Below, one piece after another: positions 8,058 to 18,360 of a DNA stretch of 64,000 bases. Position 1 is the stretch's first letter; the number at the start of each line of letters is the position of its first letter. The position numbers were made by a program, and so were the translations under genes. The DNA lies in the NCBI GenBank assembly GCA_046291875.1, contig JBKBSF010000026.1:3020-67019 (forward strand). The letters are read 5' to 3'. Under the pieces are notes generated by a model. It was not told where the DNA came from. It worked only from the letters and a program-made list of their open reading frames with translations, and did no database searches. This DNA comes from Bacteroidales bacterium. GTDB lineage: Bacteria > Bacteroidota > Bacteroidia > Bacteroidales > UBA7960.

Positions 8058-10637
8058 CTATTCAACAATCACTTTGAAGGCGGTTTTCTCTTTACCCATA
8101 TTGTCCCATTGCAGGAAGTAAGTTCCGGCGGGCAGATGCCTGATATCCATCTTTGCTTCAGCTCCGGGGGTCATGGGGGAGCTCACTGCAATCTGTCCTG
8201 CCACATTTACAAGCCGCAAGGTAGCAGATTGAATGTCCTGTGGTAACTGTACATACAACCATTCCCTGGCAGGATTGGGCCATATACGCACAGGCAACAA
8301 TTCTGGCGTATTTACAGAGGCCGCAAACTCAAACCGGGCTTCCAGGGAGCGATGAGCCTCAACGGTAAAGCTATAATTAAGCTGTGTACTTACCACCGAA
8401 CCGTTCTCTGTCCAATGCAGGAAATTATAATCCTGGGCAGGTTGTGCCTGCACCGTATGCTGCGAATTTGCAAGGAATGCACCGGCACCGGTTACACTAC
8501 CGCCAGTGGCAGGTGTTGCTGTAAGTTCAATATTGAAAAACTGGGGTTGCTGGGTCAGGGGCTCTGACAGGGCCTTGATGCTCCAGTCGCCCTGTATGTT
8601 GAACTGTGTGAGAGTAGTCCAGGCTGTCGGGTCTTCCACAGTGGTTCTTATCATGTTTCCTTTTCCATCGAAATGGGTTTGACTGTCGCGGCCTGCCGGG
8701 AATACACCTGCACCCGGATCGGCAAATTCAGCACCAATCCATAGTTCCTGATCGGGATTGACAATATAGGGGGTTTGCAGATAAACCATAATCCATCGAC
8801 CGGGATATTGCCAGAATGATTGCGAAACATACTCTACGAGGTTTTCAGAATCGTTTCCCTGCCAGATCTTAATGCGTGCAGTGGTTGCATTCTGATTGAT
8901 ATAGACCTTTATGGCTTTAATTACCCCTGCCTGGAAACTTTCAATATCCTGAGGAGTAAAGCGCTTGGCGATCTGAAATGTACCGGGTTGCGAAAGTCCC
9001 ACGCTGCTGGTGCTGTAGCCATCGTCCCACTCAAGCCATTGAACAACATGATCGGGGTGCATAAAATCGAAACTCACTGTGCGGTTTGCATGGTTGCGGG
9101 TAATATTGGTGATGGGTTTGTTGGTATGTACACCAGACCATGCATTGGAAGTGCGGAGGGTAAAATCGGTAAAAGCTGTAACATTGCCCTGCCCTGGAAA
9201 TTGGGCAAAGGGAGTATTGATCTGCCCGTACGACTCGGGGGTTTCCCATGGATCGCTGTCGGCATTGGCAAAAACTACGTACATTTTTTGGGGATGCCCC
9301 ACATTTACACTGTTGCCCGCCTGATCCACATCATTGCTCACATGATAAATGATCATTCCCTGTCCGGGGATTGCCTGATCGAACCCGGTTTGCTGGCGGT
9401 TTTCCAGCAGGTAGTATTCGCCGGGGGTGCGAGTATTGATTCGGAAAAAGCTGTGAGGAGTGGTCATACTGTTTTGCAGCGTAACGCTCTGTGGAGTATC
9501 CAGTATTGTGGGTTCAGCCCAGTTGTAATAATGGGTTTTGGTAAAAGCATTATGATGCGCGGGAGTGGCACCGCCATTGTTCCAGGTACCTGAAGCCATC
9601 ATATCCCATTGCCCGGTTCCGATAAAGTTTCCTCCGGAGCCATCGCCATCGGTATCATAGTAATCGGGAGCCCCCAAAACGTGGCCAAACTCATGGCCAA
9701 TGACACCCATCCGGGTTATGAGTTTCGTTGGGTTGGATTGGGCATTGCCCCTGAGTTCGGGAGAGCAGGCGTATCTGCTGATCCAGACACCATCGAGCTG
9801 CACCGGCTGTATGCTCCAGGCATGCGACCAGATAGTGTTGGGTCCGCCACCAGCTTCTTGTCCATACCCCGAAAAAATCATATAAACACCATCCACCTGA
9901 CCATCGCCATCATTGTCGTAATCGGCATAATTTACATATGGATTAGCAAGGTGCACCCCTTCGGTCATCAGATTGCGTGCACCCTGAAAAGAACCATATT
10001 GGGCCATATTCAGGCTGGCAGTAAAAGGGCCAAATACATCCACAGTAAGATCGAACTGGTTCCATGAATTCTCAAGATAGTAATCTCTCAGGCTACCGGT
10101 TGCTCCCCCGGCAGTATAGTTGAGTTGATTAAAAAGCGCATCGAACTCGGCATGCGAGCGGGTAAATGGCACATCGGGGGTTTGCATTAAGATGCAGATC
10201 AGGGTGCGCTCACCAGTGGTGGGAAAGCTTTTAGTCCGGAAATCCTCCTTCATCTCCCATACCTCCAGCAGCATCCTTTGTTGCTCAGGGCTGAAAAACA
10301 GCCCGGGAGTGACTGTCAGCAAAAAGTCTTTCTCTGATTTGCTGCGGTTGTCGGTTTCGGAAACCTTTACACCAGACAATACCAGGTTGCCCTCTGCATC
10401 GTGAACAGCATACTGATATTCACCTTCACGATTTGCCAGGAGGGTATAACCATCGGGAGTAACGGCCCAGTTGATCTTTTCATCCCCGCGAAGGTAAAGG
10501 TCGATGAGGGTACCATCGGGTTGCTGGTACTGAATGCGGCCAGGATAAGCCGGGGCGGCCACCAGCCATGAAGTTTGCCCTGCCACAAGCAAGGTAAACA
10601 ATAGTAAAATCCAAAGTTTTGTAGTAAATCTTGACAT
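8058..10637 (-). CDS. M6 family (immune inhibitor A-like) metalloprotease with T9SS C-terminal domain
   Basis: Signal peptide; DYDNDGDGQVD; IWSHAW; HEFGHVLGAPDYYD zinc motif; WDMMASG Met-turn; EYYLLENRQ; C-terminal IWPNPA...LPAGTYFL. Confidence 0.92.
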   Translation of the reverse strand: MSRFTTKLWILLLFTLLVAGQTSWLVAAPAYPGRIQYQQPDGTLIDLYLRGDEKINWAVTPDGYTLLANREGEYQYAVHDAEGNLVLSGVKVSETDNRSKSEKDFLLTVTPGLFFSPEQQRMLLEVWEMKEDFRTKSFPTTGERTLICILMQTPDVPFTRSHAEFDALFNQLNYTAGGATGSLRDYYLENSWNQFDLTVDVFGPFTASLNMAQYGSFQGARNLMTEGVHLANPYVNYADYDNDGDGQVDGVYMIFSGYGQEAGGGPNTIWSHAWSIQPVQLDGVWISRYACSPELRGNAQSNPTKLITRMGVIGHEFGHVLGAPDYYDTDGDGSGGNFIGTGQWDMMASGTWNNGGATPAHHNAFTKTHYYNWAEPTILDTPQSVTLQNSMTTPHSFFRINTRTPGEYYLLENRQQTGFDQAIPGQGMIIYHVSNDVDQAGNSVNVGHPQKMYVVFANADSDPWETPESYGQINTPFAQFPGQGNVTAFTDFTLRTSNAWSGVHTNKPITNITRNHANRTVSFDFMHPDHVVQWLEWDDGYSTSSVGLSQPGTFQIAKRFTPQDIESFQAGVIKAIKVYINQNATTARIKIWQGNDSENLVEYVSQSFWQYPGRWIMVYLQTPYIVNPDQELWIGAEFADPGAGVFPAGRDSQTHFDGKGNMIRTTVEDPTAWTTLTQFNIQGDWSIKALSEPLTQQPQFFNIELTATPATGGSVTGAGAFLANSQHTVQAQPAQDYNFLHWTENGSVVSTQLNYSFTVEAHRSLEARFEFAASVNTPELLPVRIWPNPAREWLYVQLPQDIQSATLRLVNVAGQIAVSSPMTPGAEAKMDIRHLPAGTYFLQWDNMGKEKTAFKVIVE

Positions 10638-10688
10638 GCTTTTGATTAAGGTTAAAGGGTTATGTTGGGAAGTAGATTACAGAACAGT

Positions 10689-11105
10689 TCAGGGCCTGGT
10701 GGCATTGATTACCCTCCAGTCTTCATCAGAACGATCTTCGGGGTTTCGGGCAATGATACCTGTAGACTGCGGCAGGCCCTGATCATCCCTGAAAGTATAT
10801 TCATAGAACCCTTCAGGGTTCATCACCAGGGGAAATCCGTCGGCAGTAAGGGCAATATGAAAATGCTCATCGCCCCTGAGGAATATTCTGAGAATATAGC
10901 CATCGGGCAATTCATACCAGATAGTATCGGGATAGGCAGGTACTCTGGAAGGCATATCCTCCATTATATCGGGCACGGGAGGCACCTGAGGTGTTGCAGG
11001 AGGCTGAGCCGGAGCTTCTCGTTTGCTGCGGCAGGCGCCTGCAATAGAAATCAAAGCCAGTGCTATGGCGGGGATTAAAAGAAGTCTTTTCACCGGGAGA
11101 GGCAT
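10689..11105 (-). CDS. Small lipoprotein homologous to the N-terminal pro-region of the adjacent M6 protease
   Basis: Lipobox IAGAC, Pro-rich linker, then PAYPDTIWYELPDG..LRGDE..TADG..NPEGFYEY, which matches the M6 N-terminus. Confidence 0.75.
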   Translation of the reverse strand: MPLPVKRLLLIPAIALALISIAGACRSKREAPAQPPATPQVPPVPDIMEDMPSRVPAYPDTIWYELPDGYILRIFLRGDEHFHIALTADGFPLVMNPEGFYEYTFRDDQGLPQSTGIIARNPEDRSDEDWRVINATRP

Positions 11106-11172
11106 TTAGTTGAATGTGCTAAAATACAATATACTGCCGTAAAAGTGGCCAAAAAAAGAATGTATATGCTAT

Positions 11173-11208
11173 AAAAAAAGGCTGCACCTTTCGGACAGCC
11201 TTTCTTTT
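11173..11208 (-). terminator. Intrinsic terminator after rplT
   Basis: AAAGGCTG...CAGCCTTT stem with an A7 run that reads as a U tract on the minus strand. Confidence 0.75.
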
Positions 11209-11226
11209 GGGGGTATTGCGTTTCGT

Positions 11227-11574
11227 TTATTTTTTCACTTTTTCCACAACCGCTTTGAAAGCTTCAGGATGGTTCATTGCCAGGTCGGCAAGCACCTTGC
11301 GGTTGATCTGGATATCACTTTTAGCGAGATCGCCCATAAATTTGGAATAGCTCAGGCCGTGCATTCTAACGGCTGCGTTGATACGCAGGATCCACAGCTT
11401 TCTGAAATTTCTTTTCTTAACACGTCTGTCGCGGTAGGCATAAGTTTGACCTTTTTCCCAGGTGTTCTTGGCTACTGTCCAGACATTTTTCCTTGCACCA
11501 AAATAACCTTTGGTAAGTTTAAGGATCTTTTTTCTTCTGCGCCTTGAGGCTACATTGTTTACTGATCTAGGCAT
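11227..11574 (-). CDS. rplT: 50S ribosomal protein L20
   Basis: [16 protein letters not shown]...[21 protein letters not shown]...NRKVLADLA. Confidence 0.98.
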   Translation of the reverse strand: MPRSVNNVASRRRRKKILKLTKGYFGARKNVWTVAKNTWEKGQTYAYRDRRVKKRNFRKLWILRINAAVRMHGLSYSKFMGDLAKSDIQINRKVLADLAMNHPEAFKAVVEKVKK

Positions 11575-11676
11575 TTCTTTAGGATTTTGTTTTCATTTAG
11601 CGCTTTCCTGCAGCGGAAAGACTTTTCGGGCTAAACAAAGGTTTTACAAAAAATAATTAACTAACGTTGAAAAGGA

Positions 11677-11871
11677 TTACAGGCAAAGCATTGCTTTTAC
11701 CAGACCCTCATCGGGTTTGGAAATCAAACCAGTTTTGGTAAGATTTCTCTTTCTCTTTTTCGATTTTTTGGTAAGGATGTGGCTTTTGAAGGCATGCTTA
11801 CGCTTGATTTTACCGGAAGCAGTAAGAGAAAACCGCTTTTTTGCTCCGGATTTTGTCTTCATTTTAGGCAT
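11677..11871 (-). CDS. rpmI: 50S ribosomal protein L35
   Basis: [14 protein letters not shown]...[11 protein letters not shown]. Confidence 0.98.
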   Translation of the reverse strand: MPKMKTKSGAKKRFSLTASGKIKRKHAFKSHILTKKSKKRKRNLTKTGLISKPDEGLVKAMLCL

Positions 11872-11923
11872 TTGAATTCAAATTTACGGGTTAACAATCT
11901 ATATGTGAAATAAACGAGAAACG

Positions 11924-12481
11924 TTACTTTTTCTTTTTAGGAGCCACGAACATGATCATTCTTTTTCCTTCGAGTTTGGGCATTTGTTCTACTTTTCCAA
12001 GCTCTTCCAGTTCCTGGGCAAAACGAAGCAAAACTACTTCTCCCTGCTCTTTGTAAATGATCGAACGTCCTTTAAAGAACACATAAACCTTCAACTTAGC
12101 GCCTTCTTCGAGGAATTTCTGGGCATGCTTCAGTTTAAAATTGAAGTCATGGTCGTCGGTGTTGGGCCCCAGACGAATTTCCTTGATCACCACTTTTGCA
12201 GCATTGGCCTTGATGTCTTTTTGCTTCTTCTTCAGATCGTAAAGAAACTTTTTGTAATCCAATATCTTACAAACGGGTGGATTGGCAGCAGCGGCAATCT
12301 CAACCAGATCCAGACCTTGCTCTTCAGCCAGTGCTAAAGCTTCTTTGATAGGCAGAATGGCAGGTTCCATATCTTCTCCTACCACCCTTACAACGGGGGC
12401 CTGGATTTTTTCATTGATCTTATGGGGATCTTCGGGTCGCACAAAAACTCTGCGGGGTCTTGGTCTAAACGGTGTTGCTAT
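11924..12481 (-). CDS. infC: Translation initiation factor IF-3, probable non-AUG (ATA) start
   Basis: [33 protein letters not shown]. The frame extends 13 codons upstream of the ORF-track GTG to an ATA at 12479-12481, preceded by AGGAGG. Confidence 0.95.
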   Translation of the reverse strand: MATPFRPRPRRVFVRPEDPHKINEKIQAPVVRVVGEDMEPAILPIKEALALAEEQGLDLVEIAAAANPPVCKILDYKKFLYDLKKKQKDIKANAAKVVIKEIRLGPNTDDHDFNFKLKHAQKFLEEGAKLKVYVFFKGRSIIYKEQGEVVLLRFAQELEELGKVEQMPKLEGKRMIMFVAPKKKK

Positions 12482-12559
12482 ATTTCGGTCCTCCTTATTT
12501 TGATGAATAATATTTAAGTAATAATTTTTGGGTTCTGTTCAAGGGGTTGCACAAAAAAA

Positions 12560-14497
12560 TCAGAACTCTGTCAGCTGCCTGATTTCATCGTTAACCAATT
12601 TGATAAAATCTTCCGGGGTAAAAGTACCCAAATCTCCAACTCCATGCTTTCTTACAGACAAAGTTCCTTCATTTTCTTCTTTCTCACCCACAATGATCAT
12701 AAACGGAATCTTACGTGTTTCGGCGTCTCTGATCTTTTTTCCTGTTTTTTCACTGCGCTCGTCAATGAGGGTGCGAATTTCGGAATTATTTAGCAAATTT
12801 AAAACTTTTTTTGCATAATTCTCATACTTCTCACTGATTGGCAGTACGATAGCTTGTTCTGGGGTAAGCCAGAGGGGAAAATTACCTGCACAGTGCTCAA
12901 TAAGTACGGCAACAAATCTCTCCATGGAGCCAAAGGGGGCTCTGTGGATCATCACCGGGCGATGTTTCTGGTTGTCGCTGCCGGTATATTCCAGTTCGAA
13001 ACGTTCGGGCAGGTTATAGTCTACCTGAATGGTTCCCAGTTGCCACTTACGACCCAAAGCATCTTTTACCATAAAGTCGAGTTTGGGGCCGTAAAATGCA
13101 GCTTCTCCCATTTCCACTTCGGCATGTATGCCCTTTTCTTCCACGGCTTCTACGATGGCTTTCTCTGCTTTCTCCCAGTTTTCGTCGCTACCGATGTACT
13201 TCTGTCGATTCTCCGGATCGCGCAGCGAAATCTGCACACTGTAATCCTTGAATTCGAGTGCTTTAAAGATGTAAAGAATGATATCCATTACCTTCAGGAA
13301 CTCTTCTTTTACCTGGTCGGGACGGCAGAAAATGTGCGCATCGTCCTGGGTAAACCCTCTTACCCGTGTAAGGCCGTGGAGCTCTCCACTTTGCTCATAG
13401 CGGTAAACTGTGCCAAATTCGGCCAGACGCAAAGGCAAATCCTTATAAGAGTACTGACGGGTTTTATAGATCTCGCAATGGTGCGGGCAATTCATAGGCT
13501 TGAGCAAAAACTCTTCACCTTCGGCGGGGGTTTGAATGGGCTGGAAAGAGTCCTTTCCGTACTTCTCATAGTGCCCGCTGGTCAAATAAAGATTTTTATT
13601 ACCGATATGGGGCGTAATTACAGGCAGGTAACCAGCTTTACGCTGCACGTTTTTGAGAAACTTCTCCAGGTTTTCGCGCAGCTGGGCACCTTTGGGCAAC
13701 CACAGAGGCAATCCCTGGCCCACACTGGGAGAGAATGCAAACAATTCCATTTCGCGGCCAATCTTGCGGTGATCGCGTTTTTTTGCTTCTTCCAGCATCT
13801 CCAGGTATTCGGTCAGCTGTTTTTGTTTGGGGAAGGTGATGCCATATACCCGTGTGAGCTGCTTGCGACTTTCATCGCCACGCCAGTAAGCTCCTGCAAT
13901 GCTCAGCAGCTTCACCGCCTTGATTGTGCTGGTATCTGCAAGGTGAGGCCCACGGCAGAGGTCGGTAAAGTTGCCCGACTCATAAAAGCTTATGGTACCA
14001 TCTTCCAGATCCTGCAACAGGTCAACCTTATATTCATCACCCTTGTTGGAATAAAACTCCAGGGCTTGTGCCTTGGGTATTTCCTTCCTTACAAATTGTT
14101 GTTTCTGACGGGCCAGGTCCAGCATTTTCTTTTCAATCTTTTCAAAATCGTTGCTCGAAATGCTATGATCACCCAGATCTATGTCGTAATAGAAACCATT
14201 TTCCACATCGGGGCCAATACCAAATTTGGTACCCGGATACAACGCCTCAATGGCCTCTGCCATAAGGTGAGCTGAAGAGTGCCACATGGTAGCTTTTCCT
14301 TCCTTGTCATCCCAGGTATGGAGCTTGATTTTGGCATCGTTGTGAATGGGGCGGTTCAGGTCCCATACCTCACCATTTACGGTAATGGAAAGCACATTGC
14401 GGGCGAGTCCTTCACTGATGCTTTGTGCGATTTCAAAACCGGTAACCCCCTTGGGGTATTCTCTTGACGAATTGTCGGGCAAAGTAATGCGTATCAT
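12560..14497 (-). CDS. thrS: Threonine--tRNA ligase
   Basis: TGS domain, [61 protein letters not shown]. Confidence 0.98.
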   Translation of the reverse strand: MIRITLPDNSSREYPKGVTGFEIAQSISEGLARNVLSITVNGEVWDLNRPIHNDAKIKLHTWDDKEGKATMWHSSAHLMAEAIEALYPGTKFGIGPDVENGFYYDIDLGDHSISSNDFEKIEKKMLDLARQKQQFVRKEIPKAQALEFYSNKGDEYKVDLLQDLEDGTISFYESGNFTDLCRGPHLADTSTIKAVKLLSIAGAYWRGDESRKQLTRVYGITFPKQKQLTEYLEMLEEAKKRDHRKIGREMELFAFSPSVGQGLPLWLPKGAQLRENLEKFLKNVQRKAGYLPVITPHIGNKNLYLTSGHYEKYGKDSFQPIQTPAEGEEFLLKPMNCPHHCEIYKTRQYSYKDLPLRLAEFGTVYRYEQSGELHGLTRVRGFTQDDAHIFCRPDQVKEEFLKVMDIILYIFKALEFKDYSVQISLRDPENRQKYIGSDENWEKAEKAIVEAVEEKGIHAEVEMGEAAFYGPKLDFMVKDALGRKWQLGTIQVDYNLPERFELEYTGSDNQKHRPVMIHRAPFGSMERFVAVLIEHCAGNFPLWLTPEQAIVLPISEKYENYAKKVLNLLNNSEIRTLIDERSEKTGKKIRDAETRKIPFMIIVGEKEENEGTLSVRKHGVGDLGTFTPEDFIKLVNDEIRQLTEF

Positions 14498-14632
14498 ACT
14501 GTTATTTTAGGCATTTGGTGTTTCAGACCTGGTCGGTTCTCCAGCAGAAGTGTAAGGACAGGTCCGGATGATGAGCAGACAACAAGGCAGTTAAAAACAC
14601 TGCACAATGCACTACCCTTTCTTACAAGGGTG

Positions 14633-14640
14633 CAAAGGTA
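14633..14640 (-). promoter_or_regulatory. -7 promoter box for thrS
   Basis: Minus-strand TACCTTTG, ~135 nt upstream of the thrS ATG. Confidence 0.5.
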
Positions 14641-14699
14641 CAAAAAAATATCTTTGCCAATTGGATTTCTGGCTTTAAAATAAAGGAGTTCAGGCAAAA

Positions 14700-15485
14700 T
14701 TAATCCACTGCGTACATTCGCTTAATAAAGCGCAGCTTGTGGGTATATTTCCTTAGAGAAGTATTGAAGATACCCTGGTGGTCAATTTTATCTACCCTTA
14801 CTGTCTGGTGTGCATGAATGATATGCTCGTCGTCGAGCAGTATACCTACATGAATAATGGCCTGTTCCTCATTATCGAAAAACAGCAGATCTCCTGGAGC
14901 AGCCTCATGAATAAGATTGAGCATTTGTCCCTGGGTAGCTTGCTGAGAGGCATCTCTGAGAATTTGAAAGCCGGCCATTTTATATACCAGTTGGGTAAAG
15001 CCTGAACAATCGATCCCCAATGCCGATTTACCTCCCCACAGATAAGGGGTATTAAGAAAATTAAGGGCAAGCGAGGGAATCAGCGAAGGATCAGGCTGTG
15101 CAATGGCACGGCAATTTCCATGGAAATGAAATTGTTTGCCTGCCAGCTCAAAAGCGCCCTCATGGCAATTGTAAAAACTACTTCCGGCAGATACCAGAAA
15201 AGAGGTATTTAGGCTCTTATCTTCGAGCAACTGTACCAGATCGGTACTCACAAAACGGTTAGAATGATGCAGAAGTTCGGAGTTCTCCTGGCTTAGCGGG
15301 GCAATCTGCCCGGCAGAAACCCAGCCCTGGTAGCCATCATCCAGCAGAGCTACCATCAGCCATTTATCTTTGCGTTGCAGGATCTCTACCTGGTCTCCAA
15401 AGAGCAATTGGGTTACCATTTCTGAACGATCATCGGCAGAAAGCCTTAAAGGTGCCACACTGATCAAACAAATTCCCTTTTCCAT
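14700..15485 (-). CDS. SH3b + NlpC/P60 (C40) peptidase
   Basis: N-terminal SEMVTQLLFGD...GYQGWV (SH3b); PYLWGGKS..GIDCSG catalytic Cys; HVGI...IIHA. Confidence 0.92.
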   Translation of the reverse strand: MEKGICLISVAPLRLSADDRSEMVTQLLFGDQVEILQRKDKWLMVALLDDGYQGWVSAGQIAPLSQENSELLHHSNRFVSTDLVQLLEDKSLNTSFLVSAGSSFYNCHEGAFELAGKQFHFHGNCRAIAQPDPSLIPSLALNFLNTPYLWGGKSALGIDCSGFTQLVYKMAGFQILRDASQQATQGQMLNLIHEAAPGDLLFFDNEEQAIIHVGILLDDEHIIHAHQTVRVDKIDHQGIFNTSLRKYTHKLRFIKRMYAVD

Positions 15486-15584
15486 ACATTTAATTTGCAG
15501 GTAAAATTATGGAAAATAGTTTACATCCATACAACAGAAAGAGGGTTAATTGTTAACTTCGCAAATCAAGCACAATTGAACGTT

Positions 15585-17669
15585 ATGGTCAAGATCATTA
15601 CCTGGTTTCAGGAAAATTTCTCCAATCTGGTTCGTTTCAACCTGTTTGCCATCAGCATATTGTTGATTGTATTGCTTTTTCCGCGCCATAGTGGCTTTTA
15701 CTGGGAGTTCTCCCAGGCCCGCCCATGGATGTACGACGATCTGATAGCACCTTTCAGCTTTGCCATTCAGAAGAGTCAGGAGGAGCTTGCCCGCGAACGG
15801 GAGGAGGTTCTGGCAGAGCTGGTTCCGTTTTTCCGTACCGACCCGGGTGTTTACGACCGTCAGTTTCAGTTGTACAACACCCGTTTTGAGGTTGCATGGG
15901 CAGATGAAATGGGCACTCGCGATGCACGTGCGGAGCAAAAGAATCAACTCAAAAGGGCCGGATTGGACATTTTCGACTCCATTTACCAGCGTGGGGTAAT
16001 TTTTCTGGAAGGAGAAATGGCCGGTGCTTCCGCCGATACTCCCATCTTGCTTATTGAAGGAACGGTGGCCAACCCTTCAAAGGTAGGCGACTTTCTGTCC
16101 ATACGCGAAGCTTTTCAGCTTACCAGTAAATTGCTGGATGAAAAACGACTTGACAATCGCCAGAGGGGTTTTCTGAGAGGTGTGATTGAAAACTCCATCA
16201 CGCATAGTGTTTTCTGGGATGAAGAAGCCAACAGCAGGGCTGTTACCGCTGCCCTTGAAAGGATATCACCCAATCGGGGCATGGTACAACAAGGCGAAAA
16301 AATTGTATCCAAAGGCGAGCTTATCACGGCAGAGAAACTACGGATACTGGAGTCGTTCCGGGCAGAATACACCCGTCAGCTGGGCAGCACAACCGTAAAT
16401 CAGCTGATATTCCTGGGGCAGTTTCTGCTGGTTTCCATTTCATTGGTTGTATTGAGCCTCTTTTTAATGATCTTCAGCAAGGAGGTTTTTTACAATTCAA
16501 GAAAACTGATCGTAATACTGCTTTCCATTTTCCTGATGGTATTGCTCACAAGCCAGGTGGTTAAATACAATATCAATCTGCTTTATTTATTGCCGGTTTG
16601 TATTGTGCCCATCATTATCCGGAGTTTTTTCGACAACCGGCTTGCCCTTTATGTGCACATTACTTCCATTATCCTTATTGGCTTTCTGGTGCCCAAGAGT
16701 TTTGAATTCGTGTTTTTGCAGTTTATTGCGGGCATCATTGCCATATTATCCATGGCCAGTTTGCGGCGGCGTTCGCAGCTTTTCACCACTGTAATGCTGA
16801 TATTCCTCACCTATGTGGCCGTATTTACCGGCTTAACCCTGGCCCAGACCGGATCCTTTTCGCACATAGAACCCATCAACTACCTGTATTTCGGAGGGAG
16901 TGCCCTACTTACCCTTTTTGCTTACCCGCTGGTTTACATCTTTGAACGTACCTCCGGACTGCCCACCGACTTTTCACTGCTGGAGCTGTCCGATACCAAC
17001 TCGCCATTGTTGCGCCAACTTAACCTGACCGCACCAGGTACCTTCCAGCACTCGCTGCAGGTAGCCAACCTGGCCGAAGAGGCCATCAGCATCATTGGAG
17101 GCAATACCTTGCTGGTACGCACAGGGGCATTGTACCATGACATCGGCAAAATGGATCAACCCCAGTATTTTATAGAAAATCAGAATTCTGAGATCAACCC
17201 ACACGATGAGCTCAGTTATACCGAAAGTGCAGAAATAATCATTGGCCATGTAATAAAGGGCATAGAAAAAGCCAGAAAAAACAACCTTCCCGAATATATT
17301 ATTGATTTTATACGCACCCACCATGGCACTACCACCACCCGTTATTTTTATGCCATGGAGCAAAAGGAAAACCCCGACCGGACGGTAGATAAAGAACTCT
17401 TTACCTATAAAGGGCCTATCCCTTTCAGCAAAGAAACCGCAGTGCTTATGATGGCCGACTCGGTAGAAGCGGCTTCGCGCAGCCTTAAAAAGCCCAACGA
17501 AGACACCATCAACAAACTGGTAGACAGCATCATCGACAAGCAGGTGGAGGAAAAGCAATTTGATAATGCCAGCATAACCTTCAAAGACATCAACATCATC
17601 CGCCGGGTTTTCAAAAACCGCCTGATGCATATCTTTCATGTAAGAATTGCCTATCCCGGTTCAAACTAA
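15585..17669 (+). CDS. 7TM-HD (HDIG) membrane phosphohydrolase, PgpH/YqfF-like
   Basis: Extracytoplasmic domain and multiple TM helices; APGTFQHS, YHDIGK, HHGT, MMADSVEAASRS; start set to the ATG at 15585. Confidence 0.9.
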   Translation: MVKIITWFQENFSNLVRFNLFAISILLIVLLFPRHSGFYWEFSQARPWMYDDLIAPFSFAIQKSQEELAREREEVLAELVPFFRTDPGVYDRQFQLYNTRFEVAWADEMGTRDARAEQKNQLKRAGLDIFDSIYQRGVIFLEGEMAGASADTPILLIEGTVANPSKVGDFLSIREAFQLTSKLLDEKRLDNRQRGFLRGVIENSITHSVFWDEEANSRAVTAALERISPNRGMVQQGEKIVSKGELITAEKLRILESFRAEYTRQLGSTTVNQLIFLGQFLLVSISLVVLSLFLMIFSKEVFYNSRKLIVILLSIFLMVLLTSQVVKYNINLLYLLPVCIVPIIIRSFFDNRLALYVHITSIILIGFLVPKSFEFVFLQFIAGIIAILSMASLRRRSQLFTTVMLIFLTYVAVFTGLTLAQTGSFSHIEPINYLYFGGSALLTLFAYPLVYIFERTSGLPTDFSLLELSDTNSPLLRQLNLTAPGTFQHSLQVANLAEEAISIIGGNTLLVRTGALYHDIGKMDQPQYFIENQNSEINPHDELSYTESAEIIIGHVIKGIEKARKNNLPEYIIDFIRTHHGTTTTRYFYAMEQKENPDRTVDKELFTYKGPIPFSKETAVLMMADSVEAASRSLKKPNEDTINKLVDSIIDKQVEEKQFDNASITFKDINIIRRVFKNRLMHIFHVRIAYPGSN

Positions 17670-17696
17670 ACCGGGTAAACCAGGATCTGACATCAA

Positions 17697-18344
17697 TCAG
17701 GCATGCACTGCCTTTCGCAGGTATTCTGCGGTATCCGGCCCCAGGTTGAACAACAGGTCCAGAATGCTCAGATTGGGCTGAAACCCCCATTTATCGCCAA
17801 AGGTCTGGTAATAGGGTGCCAGAGTGGGTACTGGATACTGCTGCCTGTCGCGGTTTTTGGGGCTGATGCAGAATCGCAGGTCCAGCGCTGCAGCACTGTT
17901 TTGCACAAATCCGGAAGTAAAATCAATATCTGCCGACACATCCAACTCTTCACAAAAGGCATTCAGGATAGCATGGTTGAGATCCACCAGCAAGTTGTAT
18001 TGCGTACTCATTACAAACTCCTCGGCCAACTGTCTGTAAAACAAAAAATATGGAGCATTGCGATAGGCCGCTTCAATGGAACGCCAGTGGTTTTTCTGCC
18101 AACTGCTGTGGTCGCTGATGCGCACCTGGGCCGTGGAAGTATGATTGCCCAGAGGCTTCTCAACCGGAATGCTCAGGCTTAATACTCCATTGGCGGTAAG
18201 TATATTGCACCGGTTGCGCCAGGTCTGGCGGGCATACGTTTCATGGATGTCTATCCGAACCTTTTGTGCCCCCATAATGCGAACAAAATACTCAATGGGA
18301 GGAAAATAGGATGTAGCGAGAAGAATGGTATGATCGATGGCCAT
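17697..18344 (-). CDS. WbqC family protein
   Basis: YFPPIEYF, ETYARQTWRNRC.I, W..NHWRSIEAAY..APYF, NLSILDLLFNLGP. Confidence 0.88.
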   Translation of the reverse strand: MAIDHTILLATSYFPPIEYFVRIMGAQKVRIDIHETYARQTWRNRCNILTANGVLSLSIPVEKPLGNHTSTAQVRISDHSSWQKNHWRSIEAAYRNAPYFLFYRQLAEEFVMSTQYNLLVDLNHAILNAFCEELDVSADIDFTSGFVQNSAAALDLRFCISPKNRDRQQYPVPTLAPYYQTFGDKWGFQPNLSILDLLFNLGPDTAEYLRKAVHA

Positions 18345-18360
18345 AGAGTTAAGAGTAAAA

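Noticed and set aside
7045..9593. 293-aa and 257-aa ORFs antisense to pepO and the M6 protease
   Set aside because: Fully overlap well-supported genes on the opposite strand; no domain signal
12854..14275. 473-aa plus-strand ORF antisense to thrS
   Set aside because: Shadow ORF in register with a conserved gene; no recognisable motifs
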